Origin: a virus | Length of the DNA stretch: 64,000 nucleotides | Direction: 5' to 3' (one strand) | IMG/VR virus record: IMGVR_UViG_3300020416_000001 | Location: 1-64,000 of that record | Shown: piece after piece, positions 20,037-27,917 of the stretch | Numbering within the stretch: position 1 is the first letter of the stretch | Layout: every line of letters starts with the position of its first letter | Made by a program: the position numbers and the translations under genes | Notes under the pieces: generated by a model | The model's input: the letters and a program-made list of their open reading frames with translations, nothing else | What the model was told of the DNA's origin: nothing | Databases searched by the model: none

Positions 20037-20362
20037 CAACACCATTATTCCTATCCGAATCTATTCCATTGGAAATCCACAAAATACTCAAGTCCCTTGA
20101 AATAGGGATGCCCGCGAAGATTGGTAGTATTCAAGGAACTATCGAATTCATTTGCGAAGAATACATTACTGTTTGCGTTTCGACGAAACCGAACCCTGTA
20201 GGTTCACGACAACCTATGAATAAATGTTGTGTTTGCGTATATCCTAATCAATGGGATGATCTGGAAATTGAGGATTCGCACTTCCAAAATGTAAAGAATT
20301 ACAAGGGAAAAACCAATGACCACCCTGGAAATGAGATGTTACCAGATATGGAGGATAGATGA
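20033..20362 (+). CDS. hypothetical protein
   Basis: 109 aa, 'G.IEFIC..YIT.C' SH3-like beta pattern. Confidence 0.7.
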   Translation: MTTPLFLSESIPLEIHKILKSLEIGMPAKIGSIQGTIEFICEEYITVCVSTKPNPVGSRQPMNKCCVCVYPNQWDDLEIEDSHFQNVKNYKGKTNDHPGNEMLPDMEDR

Positions 20363-20404
20363 AACAATACGATTACAAACTATACAAAGAAATCTTAGTA
20401 TATT

Positions 20405-20635
20405 ATGACAATCGAAACAAACTACGAACAAAGGTACAAAAGTCTGTTAAGATGGACAAAGAAACACTTCAAACAAATGGAAGCGAACTCACTCAGTAAA
20501 ACTGAACTACTCGGATGTATGAGTGCTCTACAAATGCTAGACCAACAGTCTCAGGACAACTGGGAGAAGTTGCTAGGTATTTCATACAATGAACTTTATT
20601 TCAAATTAGAAAATGCCCTTGAGGAAACTAGTTAA
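20405..20635 (+). CDS. hypothetical protein
   Basis: 76-aa ORF. Confidence 0.55.
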   Translation: MTIETNYEQRYKSLLRWTKKHFKQMEANSLSKTELLGCMSALQMLDQQSQDNWEKLLGISYNELYFKLENALEETS

Positions 20636-20822
20636 GGTCACACCTAAATCAGACCGAACTAAAAAACAATTTGTTGAACATATGAACAACAATCCTATTT
20701 GCGTAATTGAGGATAGGAGAAAAGACGGACGTATGTTTATGTCATCGCAACACAATCCACAATTCTGGATATGGAGCGATGGAGACGATGACCCCGATTG
20801 GAGTTATGAACGCATCGCCTGA
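20613..20822 (+). CDS. hypothetical protein
   Basis: 69 aa, 'V.PKS.R.K..F...M' and 'W....DPDW' pattern. Confidence 0.7.
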   Translation: MPLRKLVKVTPKSDRTKKQFVEHMNNNPICVIEDRRKDGRMFMSSQHNPQFWIWSDGDDDPDWSYERIA

Positions 20823-21018
20823 GTTTTTCGAAACCACCTCGGACTTGCCATATTCGAGGAATTGGTATAAAATATGGTGCAAAGACAACTCAGTTAAAAT
20901 CGTGGAGTCTTATGAAGAAGTGCAAACCGCTTGGTGGAACTTCGCACATCACATTTCACACATTGAAGTTATCGATGCCAAACGAACAAAAGGAGGGAAA
21001 AGCAGGGGATTCTCTTAA
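20806..21018 (+). CDS. hypothetical protein
   Basis: ATG at 20806; FFETTSDLPY...YEEV..WW...IEVID...GF. Confidence 0.7.
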   Translation: MNASPEFFETTSDLPYSRNWYKIWCKDNSVKIVESYEEVQTAWWNFAHHISHIEVIDAKRTKGGKSRGFS

Positions 21019-21202
21019 AATTGCAATAGGAGAAGACGGTCAGATTACCCTTGATTGGGATGATAATGACCCCCATTGGAACTTTTTATCAAAACTATCC
21101 ACTAATGAGGTACAGGAATTTGTCGAATCAGCAATCAAAAACGGACTTGGATCTATTGATCTCTCTAGCGAAATTGTTGAACCAGAAAGTGACGCATCTT
21201 GA
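20975..21202 (+). CDS. hypothetical acidic protein
   Basis: ATG at 20975; 'DSLKI....DG..TLDWD..DP.W.FL..L' pattern. Confidence 0.65.
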   Translation: MPNEQKEGKAGDSLKIAIGEDGQITLDWDDNDPHWNFLSKLSTNEVQEFVESAIKNGLGSIDLSSEIVEPESDAS

Positions 21203-21461
21203 TTACGTCAACTATCTACAATCACACTTAAATACCGTAATTTGTGAACTTGAACGACAACAGACCTTACTGGAGTCCGATGAACTTAAATTCATTCAAG
21301 AAAACAACGGTGGACATATCAGGAGAGATCTTGATGCACTAGGGGAGAACATTGACTTCGGTGAAGTTGATCTCACGACACCCATTGCAGGCACTACATT
21401 CTCAGTCCCTGACACAGTTGAACATTCTGACTATTATTGGCAAACAGATAGGAACACATAA
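21105..21461 (+). CDS. hypothetical protein
   Basis: ORF with 'YLQSHL..V..ELERQ' helix; start uncertain. Confidence 0.55.
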   Translation: MRYRNLSNQQSKTDLDLLISLAKLLNQKVTHLDYVNYLQSHLNTVICELERQQTLLESDELKFIQENNGGHIRRDLDALGENIDFGEVDLTTPIAGTTFSVPDTVEHSDYYWQTDRNT

Positions 21462-21527
21462 AGTTATGCGAACTTATACTTAGTTGTATTAAATAGCAAT
21501 AAAACTTTGTTATGATTTCTTAACTTT

Positions 21528-21535
21528 TATAAGTA
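21528..21535 (+). promoter_or_regulatory. late promoter-like TATAAGTA
   Basis: One mismatch to TATAAATA, in AT-rich intergenic DNA. Confidence 0.45.
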
Positions 21536-21604
21536 GTATCAGAATTGTGGAGGGAAAAATGAACCCTAACTTTATTATTATGAATCAAGTTACGAGTGAG
21601 TATT

Positions 21605-21763
21605 ATGCACAATTTAATAGCAAAGGAGCAAATGGCAGAGTGGTCAGTTGACCACACCGACGATGAAATGGATTTAATCAACGACTATTTCGACTGTCTA
21701 ATCGAATGTTCTATTGAACAACACCCACACGAATGCAAACGGATTTGTAGGGACACTTGGTAA
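21605..21763 (+). CDS. small four-cysteine protein (52 aa, not in ORF track)
   Basis: MHNLIAKEQMAEW...INDYFDCLIECSIEQHPHECKRICRDTW*. Confidence 0.75.
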   Translation: MHNLIAKEQMAEWSVDHTDDEMDLINDYFDCLIECSIEQHPHECKRICRDTW

Positions 21764-21764
21764 G

Positions 21765-21825
21765 TAGGACAATTCAAGAACTGACCACCAGACACCCCCT
21801 CTGGTGGTTTTTTATGTGCTATAAT
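21765..21825 (+). promoter_or_regulatory. palindrome + -10 promoter unit 1 (degenerate)
   Basis: taggacaattcaagaactgaccac, 31 nt, then TATAAT at 21820 preceded by TGc (extended -10). Confidence 0.6.
21784..21813 (+). terminator. intrinsic terminator
   Basis: accaccaga/tctggtggt 9-bp stem followed by a T run. Confidence 0.75.
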
Positions 21826-21848
21826 TTGGGTATCAAACAGGGGAGTGA

Positions 21849-23120
21849 ATGACAGTCAATCTACGCAAGCACCAACAGAGAGCAGTTGACGCGATGAAGC
21901 GTCACACAAAAGGTCAGATCATCGTGCCTACAGGCGGTGGTAAAACAATGTGTATGATTTATGACTGTCTCCGCCAGTTGAACAGCAACAGCAACAGCAC
22001 AATCATTGTTGTAGCACCTCGTATCCTACTCGCTAATCAGTTGAGTGAGGAGTTTCTACAGTTTATGAAGGCAGATTGGGTATATCCTTATCACGTCCAC
22101 TCAGGCGAGACTCATCACGAGTCAGGTACAAAACCAGATAAACTTGCTCAGTTCATCAAGGACAACAAAGCAAAGAATGCAGTTGCTACTCACATCATCT
22201 TTACAACATATCACTCATTGAGAAGAGTTGTTGAAGCAGTTACACGTCATCAACTTGAGATCGATGTAGCATATTTTGATGAAGCACACAACAGCGTAAC
22301 ACGCAATTTCTTTGATTCAACCGAGGACATCAGTTATATTTCAAAGAGAACATACTTTTTTACTGCTACCCCTCGTATCCACAACAGAGGTAGGCACAAC
22401 AGAGGTATGAACAACACTAAGGTGTATGGTCAGATCATTCAACAAGTACCCGCACCAGAATTGATTGAATCAGGTTCTATCATCCCACCTACTATTGTGC
22501 CATTTGAGCAAGATATTGAGCGTGTAAAGAAAATGAGTTGGGATACTGACGCTCAAACAGTCCTAGATGTACTTGACACACTTGACAGTAAGAATGCTCA
22601 GAAGGTGCTATGTGCCGTCCCTAGCAGTAAGATTCTAGGTAATATGCTAGGTCAGACCAACTTGCTTGATGAGTTGAAGAAACGCGGTTACGATGTTCTA
22701 CACGTTACCAGTAAATTCGGTGCATATGTCAATGACAAGAAGGTAAATCGTGAGAAGTTTTTCGAGACAATGGATTCATTCGGACGTGACGATGACAGAA
22801 AATTCATCATCTTTCACTATTCTATTTTGAGTGAGGGCATCAACGTCCACGGATTGACCCATACTATTCTATTGAGACAACTTCAAACCGTCGAAATGGC
22901 ACAGACTATTGGTAGAGTCATCCGCCTACATAAAGAGGACGCAAAGCGTATTCGCTCAGGCGAAATCGTAGCAGGTAAACTTGATATGTATCGTAAACCA
23001 ACTGGTTACGTTACAGTTCCTACCTATACGAACTATGGTAAGCACATCGCTAAGCGTTTACAAAACGTTGTAGATGCGATTTTCGTACACGGAATTCATC
23101 CCGAGTCACTAGTTGCATAA
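21849..23120 (+). CDS. superfamily 2 DEAH helicase (ResIII-like)
   Basis: LRxHQ Q-motif, PTGGGKT, DEAH, TAT, SEGINV, QTIGRVIR. Confidence 0.9.
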   Translation: MTVNLRKHQQRAVDAMKRHTKGQIIVPTGGGKTMCMIYDCLRQLNSNSNSTIIVVAPRILLANQLSEEFLQFMKADWVYPYHVHSGETHHESGTKPDKLAQFIKDNKAKNAVATHIIFTTYHSLRRVVEAVTRHQLEIDVAYFDEAHNSVTRNFFDSTEDISYISKRTYFFTATPRIHNRGRHNRGMNNTKVYGQIIQQVPAPELIESGSIIPPTIVPFEQDIERVKKMSWDTDAQTVLDVLDTLDSKNAQKVLCAVPSSKILGNMLGQTNLLDELKKRGYDVLHVTSKFGAYVNDKKVNREKFFETMDSFGRDDDRKFIIFHYSILSEGINVHGLTHTILLRQLQTVEMAQTIGRVIRLHKEDAKRIRSGEIVAGKLDMYRKPTGYVTVPTYTNYGKHIAKRLQNVVDAIFVHGIHPESLVA

Positions 23121-23155
23121 ATAACTTTAACAAAGTACAGTTACAGAGATTGACA

Positions 23156-23584
23156 ATGGCAACAAGTCAAGTTAATGGATGGGCAGATCAGTTGCTCACT
23201 AAATTATCTGAGAAGGCAAAGGCATACCGCCTTGCAACTATTGATAAAAGACTAGCAGAAGGTGTTGGCACAACTGCTGAGATCGCTAGGACATTGCACT
23301 CAGGTGTGAACGTATTGGTCACTAAACGTGAGAAAATAGTAGCGGATGATGCTTCAGTAACGTGGACATTCGCAAAGGCGGATGATGGCGAAGACATCAA
23401 AATTAGTGCTACCGCACCCTCGGATAGGGGCGGACATACAAAAGATTTACTCTGGATTGAGGGTTCTACTGGTAAATGTAAGAAACTCAAAGGAGATCTA
23501 TACAACGTAGATGCTAACAGTCTCGACGATACTTATCGTGAGACATTCTTTGGCAAGGTAACACATTTGGGAACATTCTGGTAA
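23156..23584 (+). CDS. hypothetical protein, probably late-expressed
   Basis: 142-144 aa; CATAAATA at 23116-23123 upstream. Confidence 0.7.
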   Translation: MATSQVNGWADQLLTKLSEKAKAYRLATIDKRLAEGVGTTAEIARTLHSGVNVLVTKREKIVADDASVTWTFAKADDGEDIKISATAPSDRGGHTKDLLWIEGSTGKCKKLKGDLYNVDANSLDDTYRETFFGKVTHLGTFW

Positions 23585-23588
23585 ACAC

Positions 23589-23647
23589 TAGGACAATTAA
23601 ATAACTGTACCACTAGACCCCCACAGGGGTCTTTTTTATGGCATTAT
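23589..23647 (+). promoter_or_regulatory. palindrome + -10 promoter unit 2
   Basis: taggacaattaaataactgtacca, 29 nt, then CATTAT preceded by TGg. Confidence 0.6.
23615..23637 (+). terminator. intrinsic terminator
   Basis: agacccc-caca-ggggtct followed by a T run. Confidence 0.8.
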
Positions 23648-23653
23648 ATAAGA

Positions 23654-23817
23654 GTAAGGGAAACAACTTAGACGGTTGCTATACCCGAAACTCTCATTTG
23701 TGGGGTTATCCTACTAAGATATGAGTCAGTAGGGGTACAGGTGTAAGCGATTCCTATAGCGTAAATTTGGACTCTTGAGTGAAACTCATTACAGTAGTCC
23801 CGCGTTGTTCCCCTTAC
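23654..23817 (+). ncRNA. candidate structured non-coding RNA (~165 nt)
   Basis: Own promoter unit, no + strand ORF, 13/14-bp terminal stem (23654-23667 with 23804-23817) and several internal stems. Confidence 0.6.
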
Positions 23818-23826
23818 AACACCCAC

Positions 23827-23885
23827 TATGACAGTTGATAAACTGCACACCTATCTCACACAGGAAGCAGAATCAACGTTATAGT
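23827..23885 (+). promoter_or_regulatory. palindrome + -10 promoter unit 3
   Basis: tatgacagttgataaactgcacac, 29 nt, TATAGT. Confidence 0.7.
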
Positions 23886-23890
23886 ATAAA

Positions 23891-23945
23891 TGTTGAGAGC
23901 GTTGCTCACATTCACAATCGCTGAGGGATACCCTCGCTCTCAACA
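23891..23945 (+). other. structured 5' leader
   Basis: tgttgagagcg/cgctctcaaca 11-bp stem enclosing a gaggg-ata-ccctc hairpin. Confidence 0.6.
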
Positions 23946-23970
23946 CATAATTCACACACAACTTAATACG

Positions 23971-24132
23971 ATGACCAGAGTACAAATCACATTACTAGTT
24001 GAAGTTGACACCGAGGACGAAGTTAATTGCCCTGACGGTGACCCTATCACACAAAACGTAGTAGTCAACGCAGTTGACAATGATTTCTTTCTTGACCCTG
24101 TAACTGTATTAGATGCGAGGATAGTAGATTGA
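23971..24132 (+). CDS. small acidic hypothetical protein
   Basis: ATG 23971 (MTRVQITLLVEV...) is preferred because the 23890 start lies inside the leader stem. Confidence 0.65.
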   Translation: MTRVQITLLVEVDTEDEVNCPDGDPITQNVVVNAVDNDFFLDPVTVLDARIVD

Positions 24133-24302
24133 TAAACCTAAAACTCACAAGAGAACAGTTCGAAGAGATTTATGATGCAGTCAGAGATCTACCTGACATT
24201 TATAAATCAGAACTAAAAGAATCAGGCGATGAACCCGACGCTGCACACATCGACCTATTTGATGCAGTCAACATAATGAAGGAGATTTATGAATCATACT
24301 AA
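24129..24302 (+). CDS. small acidic hypothetical protein (57 aa, not in track)
   Basis: TTG start overlapping the previous stop, GAGG upstream; INLKLTREQFEEIYDAV... Confidence 0.6.
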   Translation: MINLKLTREQFEEIYDAVRDLPDIYKSELKESGDEPDAAHIDLFDAVNIMKEIYESY

Positions 24303-24612
24303 CAACAAAAAAGAATTTACAATCGCTCTATCTCGTAGAGAACTAGGACTATTACATTACTATACTAGAGGACTAGTTGCAAGAATTGACAGCGACGTAA
24401 CAGACTGGGGTTCTAGTTGTACTGGTCACGATACTATAGAGCACGATGACTATGGTAAGGACGCGATTCTAGGATTATTCAAACAAGTTAAACCACTTGT
24501 TGAATCTAACTATGGCACACAGTTCGAAGACTGGCAACAAATGACTCTCAAGGTCAATCCACAAACTGTCACACCCGAACCACTAGACCTTGCACCATCC
24601 TCTATAATATAA
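24289..24612 (+). CDS. hypothetical protein
   Basis: 107 aa with AAGGAG SD. Confidence 0.7.
   Translation: MNHTNNKKEFTIALSRRELGLLHYYTRGLVARIDSDVTDWGSSCTGHDTIEHDDYGKDAILGLFKQVKPLVESNYGTQFEDWQQMTLKVNPQTVTPEPLDLAPSSII
24550..24608 (+). promoter_or_regulatory. palindrome + -10 promoter unit 4
   Basis: aaggtcaatccacaaactgtcaca, 29 nt, TATAAT. Confidence 0.7.
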
Positions 24613-24631
24613 GAGTAAAGCAAACAACTCA

Positions 24632-24820
24632 ATGATTATTATGACACCTGATCTTGATTTGCTACTTTCATATGAAAATGGCACTATAACTGAAGATGAT
24701 TTCTTTTTCCTCTTTCAACAAATATATGACACTAAGGCATATCAATGGTTGCAGGGGCATTACGGTAGAACTGTTCAACTATTACTAGAGGAGGGATTGA
24801 TTTATGAGTCGTCCAAATAG
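24632..24820 (+). CDS. hypothetical protein (WLQGHYGRT family)
   Basis: 62 aa directly after the promoter leader. Confidence 0.75.
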   Translation: MIIMTPDLDLLLSYENGTITEDDFFFLFQQIYDTKAYQWLQGHYGRTVQLLLEEGLIYESSK

Positions 24821-25010
24821 AGATTTAACTTTTGATGAACTGGACGCACTTTGGGAATTGACTCAAGTCGCATCTCATCAACAATTAAATCAACTTGAGA
24901 AGACTTTTACAGTCAGGTTTCGAGTTATTCGCAAGAAACTAGACAGTATGAGCACAACTCAAAGAAACACATACTTGAAAAAAGTAAACATCCCTGACCC
25001 ACAATGGTAA
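24804..25010 (+). CDS. hypothetical protein
   Basis: 68 aa with GGAGG SD. Confidence 0.65.
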   Translation: MSRPNRDLTFDELDALWELTQVASHQQLNQLEKTFTVRFRVIRKKLDSMSTTQRNTYLKKVNIPDPQW

Positions 25011-25291
25011 TTAGAAAAATGAATCAAAACTCAGATCTTGAAGGTGCTAACCTTATCCGCACAATGTCACAAAGTGAACTAGACACATTCAAAGAGGTAT
25101 TTGTAGAGCGTTACATTGAAAATTGTACTGTTGAGCAATTAGAGCAAATTGCACGAGATTCAATGATTGACTACGCTAACAATGTATCAGAGAATGATTT
25201 GATCGATGAATTGATCGGATACGGTGGCGAGGAATTTGTAGATGAGTGCCTAGAGGAGTCTAGGGAACTCGTTGCACTTCGCAACAAATAA
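25004..25291 (+). CDS. hypothetical acidic protein
   Basis: 95 aa. Confidence 0.7.
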   Translation: MVIRKMNQNSDLEGANLIRTMSQSELDTFKEVFVERYIENCTVEQLEQIARDSMIDYANNVSENDLIDELIGYGGEEFVDECLEESRELVALRNK

Positions 25292-25350
25292 TATGACAGT
25301 TTGACAAGTGTCACACACATACACTATTATGGAGCATACACCCCTATAAT
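25292..25350 (+). promoter_or_regulatory. palindrome + -10 promoter unit 5
   Basis: tatgacagtttgacaagtgtcaca, 29 nt, TATAAT. Confidence 0.8.
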
Positions 25351-25375
25351 AATTACATAAGCAACAGACAAACAA

Positions 25376-25879
25376 ATGCAAGTGACCACACCCGAAGCAA
25401 GATACCAACAACTATTTGAAGCAATGTATGAACTTTGCGATCAACAGGGATGGGGAGACCCATTCAGTTACGCGAGGTCTAGAGAGATTCATCTAGCAGG
25501 TATTTTAGGTCACTCAGTTGCTGACGATTATAGCGGTGCGGATGCATTTGACGCTGATGGAAACCCAGTAGAGTATAAATCTACTATAGGTAAGAAACTG
25601 ACTGCTACATACAACGGCATTTCAGTTCAAGATACTTGGGACAATCAAGTCAAGTATCTTAAAGAGGAAAAAATCGGCAAGTACAAAGATCATTTTTTCG
25701 CACGCTATTCAAATGGTCAAGTTGTTGAGGTCTGGCAAATGTCAGGCGATGACGTCTTGAAATTGCTTTTACCTAGTCTAAAAAAGCAATTCTATTCTAC
25801 AAAAGTTAGAAAAGATCCCAGACTAGGTTATACTATCCCATTCAAACAGATTCAAAACTATGGACAACGAATTAAGTAG
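25376..25879 (+). CDS. putative PD-(D/E)xK restriction-endonuclease-like protein
   Basis: SRE...GADAFDADGNPVEYKS matches the E...D-x(n)-ExK nuclease core. Confidence 0.6.
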   Translation: MQVTTPEARYQQLFEAMYELCDQQGWGDPFSYARSREIHLAGILGHSVADDYSGADAFDADGNPVEYKSTIGKKLTATYNGISVQDTWDNQVKYLKEEKIGKYKDHFFARYSNGQVVEVWQMSGDDVLKLLLPSLKKQFYSTKVRKDPRLGYTIPFKQIQNYGQRIK

Positions 25880-26090
25880 AATCGAAGAGTATGACTCAGA
25901 GATTAATCCTAAGATGCAGGAAGCAATCGACGTGCTAGGAGAGCACTATATGAAGCAAATTGCAGGATTAATTGAGAATAATCGATTTGATGATGCTGAC
26001 GCAATTTATAAAGAATTTGTTGTAAATGGATGTGACCCCGAAGATGGTAACTATGAGTGGATATTTTTGGATGATATGTTGGACAGTTGA
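25860..26090 (+). CDS. hypothetical acidic protein
   Basis: 76 aa. Confidence 0.7.
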   Translation: MDNELSRIEEYDSEINPKMQEAIDVLGEHYMKQIAGLIENNRFDDADAIYKEFVVNGCDPEDGNYEWIFLDDMLDS

Positions 26091-26137
26091 ATAACTGGCA
26101 CACAACTACACTATTCACATACAACACACACTATAAT
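26079..26137 (+). promoter_or_regulatory. palindrome + -10 promoter unit 6
   Basis: ttggacagttgaataactggcaca, 29 nt, TATAAT. Confidence 0.8.
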
Positions 26138-26160
26138 AATAATATACAAAACAAAACACA

Positions 26161-26409
26161 ATGAACTCAAAGGCAATTTACACAACACCAGTAAACAGAA
26201 TCAAACAGAAAGTTTTATTCAACGATGGTTTAAGCAGATTGACCCATATATGTGCTAACTGGGCGGAGTATGTTCAAGAGTTAGCAGAGTGGGGTATCAC
26301 AACAAACAACACTCTAGCAGGTGTGAACTTAAATAATCTATCCGAGTGGGATATTCAGTATCTTGACATCTTTATCAAGAATCAGAACGGTTACGAGGAG
26401 GAGGTTTAA
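26161..26409 (+). CDS. hypothetical protein
   Basis: 82 aa after an A/C-rich leader. Confidence 0.7.
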   Translation: MNSKAIYTTPVNRIKQKVLFNDGLSRLTHICANWAEYVQELAEWGITTNNTLAGVNLNNLSEWDIQYLDIFIKNQNGYEEEV

Positions 26410-26411
26410 TA

Positions 26412-26633
26412 ATGTCACAACAGCACATTTTCGCAGACCCTACAGAACTTGAAGCAAGATATGGTTTCAGTTACGAAGCATTAGAGCAATTTGAAGCAGT
26501 ATTTCGCTATCTTGATGAGGAAGCAGACCCTAGTCTAGTTGATGAGATTAAAACAAGTGATGTAGGTTTAGAGCAATTAGTTAACTTTGCAACTGAGTTA
26601 AGAGTATTCGATGGAGTCAATTTAGATGCTTAA
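26412..26633 (+). CDS. hypothetical acidic protein
   Basis: 73 aa with GGAGG SD. Confidence 0.7.
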   Translation: MSQQHIFADPTELEARYGFSYEALEQFEAVFRYLDEEADPSLVDEIKTSDVGLEQLVNFATELRVFDGVNLDA

Positions 26634-26790
26634 TATTCCTATTACTTTCGATCAGTCCTATCAAATGATAAAATTATGGGACACTCTCAGAGATATGGAT
26701 TTCGAACTGACTGACGAGCAAACAGCAGTATTTGAACTCATTCAAACAGGCGATTATCTAGTTAAGGAGCATCCAAAGAATGAAAACTGA
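26626..26790 (+). CDS. small hypothetical protein (54 aa, not in track)
   Basis: MLNIPITFDQSYQMIKLWD...; GGAG SD. Confidence 0.6.
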   Translation: MLNIPITFDQSYQMIKLWDTLRDMDFELTDEQTAVFELIQTGDYLVKEHPKNEN

Positions 26791-26890
26791 TTTACTTCTT
26801 AAAATCTACATTGCTGCTAAAAAGGAAGCGAAGAAGAAAAAAGCAATCAAACCAATTAGAACACATTACAACGCACATTCATTTGGTTGA
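26780..26890 (+). CDS. small basic protein (36 aa, not in track)
   Basis: MKTDLLLKIYIAAKKEAKKKKAIKPIRTHYNAHSFG*; AAGGAG SD; stop abuts the palindrome. Confidence 0.6.
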   Translation: MKTDLLLKIYIAAKKEAKKKKAIKPIRTHYNAHSFG

Positions 26891-26949
26891 TGTGACAGTC
26901 ACATAAGTGGCACACAGTTTTACCATATGCCACACAGAGTGACTATAAT
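26891..26949 (+). promoter_or_regulatory. palindrome + -10 promoter unit 7
   Basis: tgtgacagtcacataagtggcaca, 29 nt, TATAAT. Confidence 0.8.
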
Positions 26950-26973
26950 GTTAATATACAAAAGAAAACACAA

Positions 26974-27165
26974 ATGGCACAATCACACAGAACACCCACA
27001 AAAGGACTAAACATCGATTTGACTATTGGTCAGTATCAACACCTTTATGATCTCGTTTGCGATGCATATGACCGAGGTTATGACCAGAGACCTAGAATCG
27101 ATACTCAAACTTTTGATAATATGTTTGATGCTATTTGTAACGCAAAGTCAACTTACCTTAAATAA
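26974..27165 (+). CDS. hypothetical protein
   Basis: 63 aa. Confidence 0.7.
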   Translation: MAQSHRTPTKGLNIDLTIGQYQHLYDLVCDAYDRGYDQRPRIDTQTFDNMFDAICNAKSTYLK

Positions 27166-27171
27166 TAAATT

Positions 27172-27333
27172 ATGAGATATTCAATCCACGTCCCAACCGC
27201 ACCATTTGAAAATACAAGTTTTGTAAACTTGGATGACTGTTGGAGTCTTTGCTATGATCTAGCACAAGAATATGGATATGCTGAGGTTAGATATGGAAAT
27301 TGTCTAATGGGTTCTTATTGTGACAGAGATTAA
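27172..27333 (+). CDS. small hypothetical protein (53 aa, not in track)
   Basis: MRYSIHVPTAPFENTSF..LDDCW.LCYDLAQEYGYAEVRYG... Confidence 0.65.
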   Translation: MRYSIHVPTAPFENTSFVNLDDCWSLCYDLAQEYGYAEVRYGNCLMGSYCDRD

Positions 27334-27377
27334 ACTGTCACACAATTATCCTATTTAATCAACATAACCTTTATAAT
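27319..27377 (+). promoter_or_regulatory. palindrome + -10 promoter unit 8
   Basis: tgtgacag-agattaaa-ctgtcaca (perfect 8-bp arms), 29 nt, TATAAT. Confidence 0.8.
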
Positions 27378-27400
27378 ATTACTATACACAGGAAAACAAA

Positions 27401-27604
27401 ATGAATTACGATCACGAATTTTATGTAACTCAAAAGTGCACAACATACAAATACTATACTGTTGTTGCTGCAACTATGGAGGAAGCAAAAGAGAAAATCG
27501 AGGATGATGATATGGATTTACAGGACTGGGAAGAATTTGACTATAAAACAGTTGAAATCGAAGAGCAAGAGATACCAGTTCAACAACTGGCACTCGCCTT
27601 ATAG
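27401..27604 (+). CDS. hypothetical acidic protein
   Basis: 67 aa, 'V.A.T.EEA.E' pattern. Confidence 0.7.
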   Translation: MNYDHEFYVTQKCTTYKYYTVVAATMEEAKEKIEDDDMDLQDWEEFDYKTVEIEEQEIPVQQLALAL

Positions 27605-27630
27605 ACTTCACACCCATTACCCTCTATAAT
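27571..27630 (+). promoter_or_regulatory. palindrome + -10 promoter unit 9
   Basis: gataccagttcaacaactggcact, 30 nt, TATAAT. Confidence 0.75.
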
Positions 27631-27653
27631 ATTACTATACACAGGAAAACAAA

Positions 27654-27917
27654 ATGCACAACTTTCAAGAATTCTCAGACTACATCGAAATGTTCTATTG
27701 CCCTGAGCACCCTGACTGTTTATATCCTATCGAAGGATTAACTAAGGGCGAGATCGCAATCGCAATACTTAACTATCTTGACCTATGTGCAGATAATGAG
27801 AATATTAACTGGGGCGATGGCGATTCACTTGATCGCGAGCGTGTAAGGGATATTATTAAGGACAATAGAGCAAAGGACTATAGATCAGTTTTGAGTATCA
27901 TAGGAGTTCAAAAGTGA
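27654..27917 (+). CDS. hypothetical protein (GDSLDRERVRD family)
   Basis: 87 aa. Confidence 0.75.
   Translation: MHNFQEFSDYIEMFYCPEHPDCLYPIEGLTKGEIAIAILNYLDLCADNENINWGDGDSLDRERVRDIIKDNRAKDYRSVLSIIGVQK

Noticed and set aside
20359-20499. 46-aa ORF overlapping the 20405 ORF
   Set aside because: It has a plausible coupled start but overlaps a longer ORF extensively; I cannot decide between them from sequence alone.
23891-23945. tRNA gene
   Set aside because: Too short, with no T-loop GTTCRA or D-loop motif and only one clear inner hairpin.
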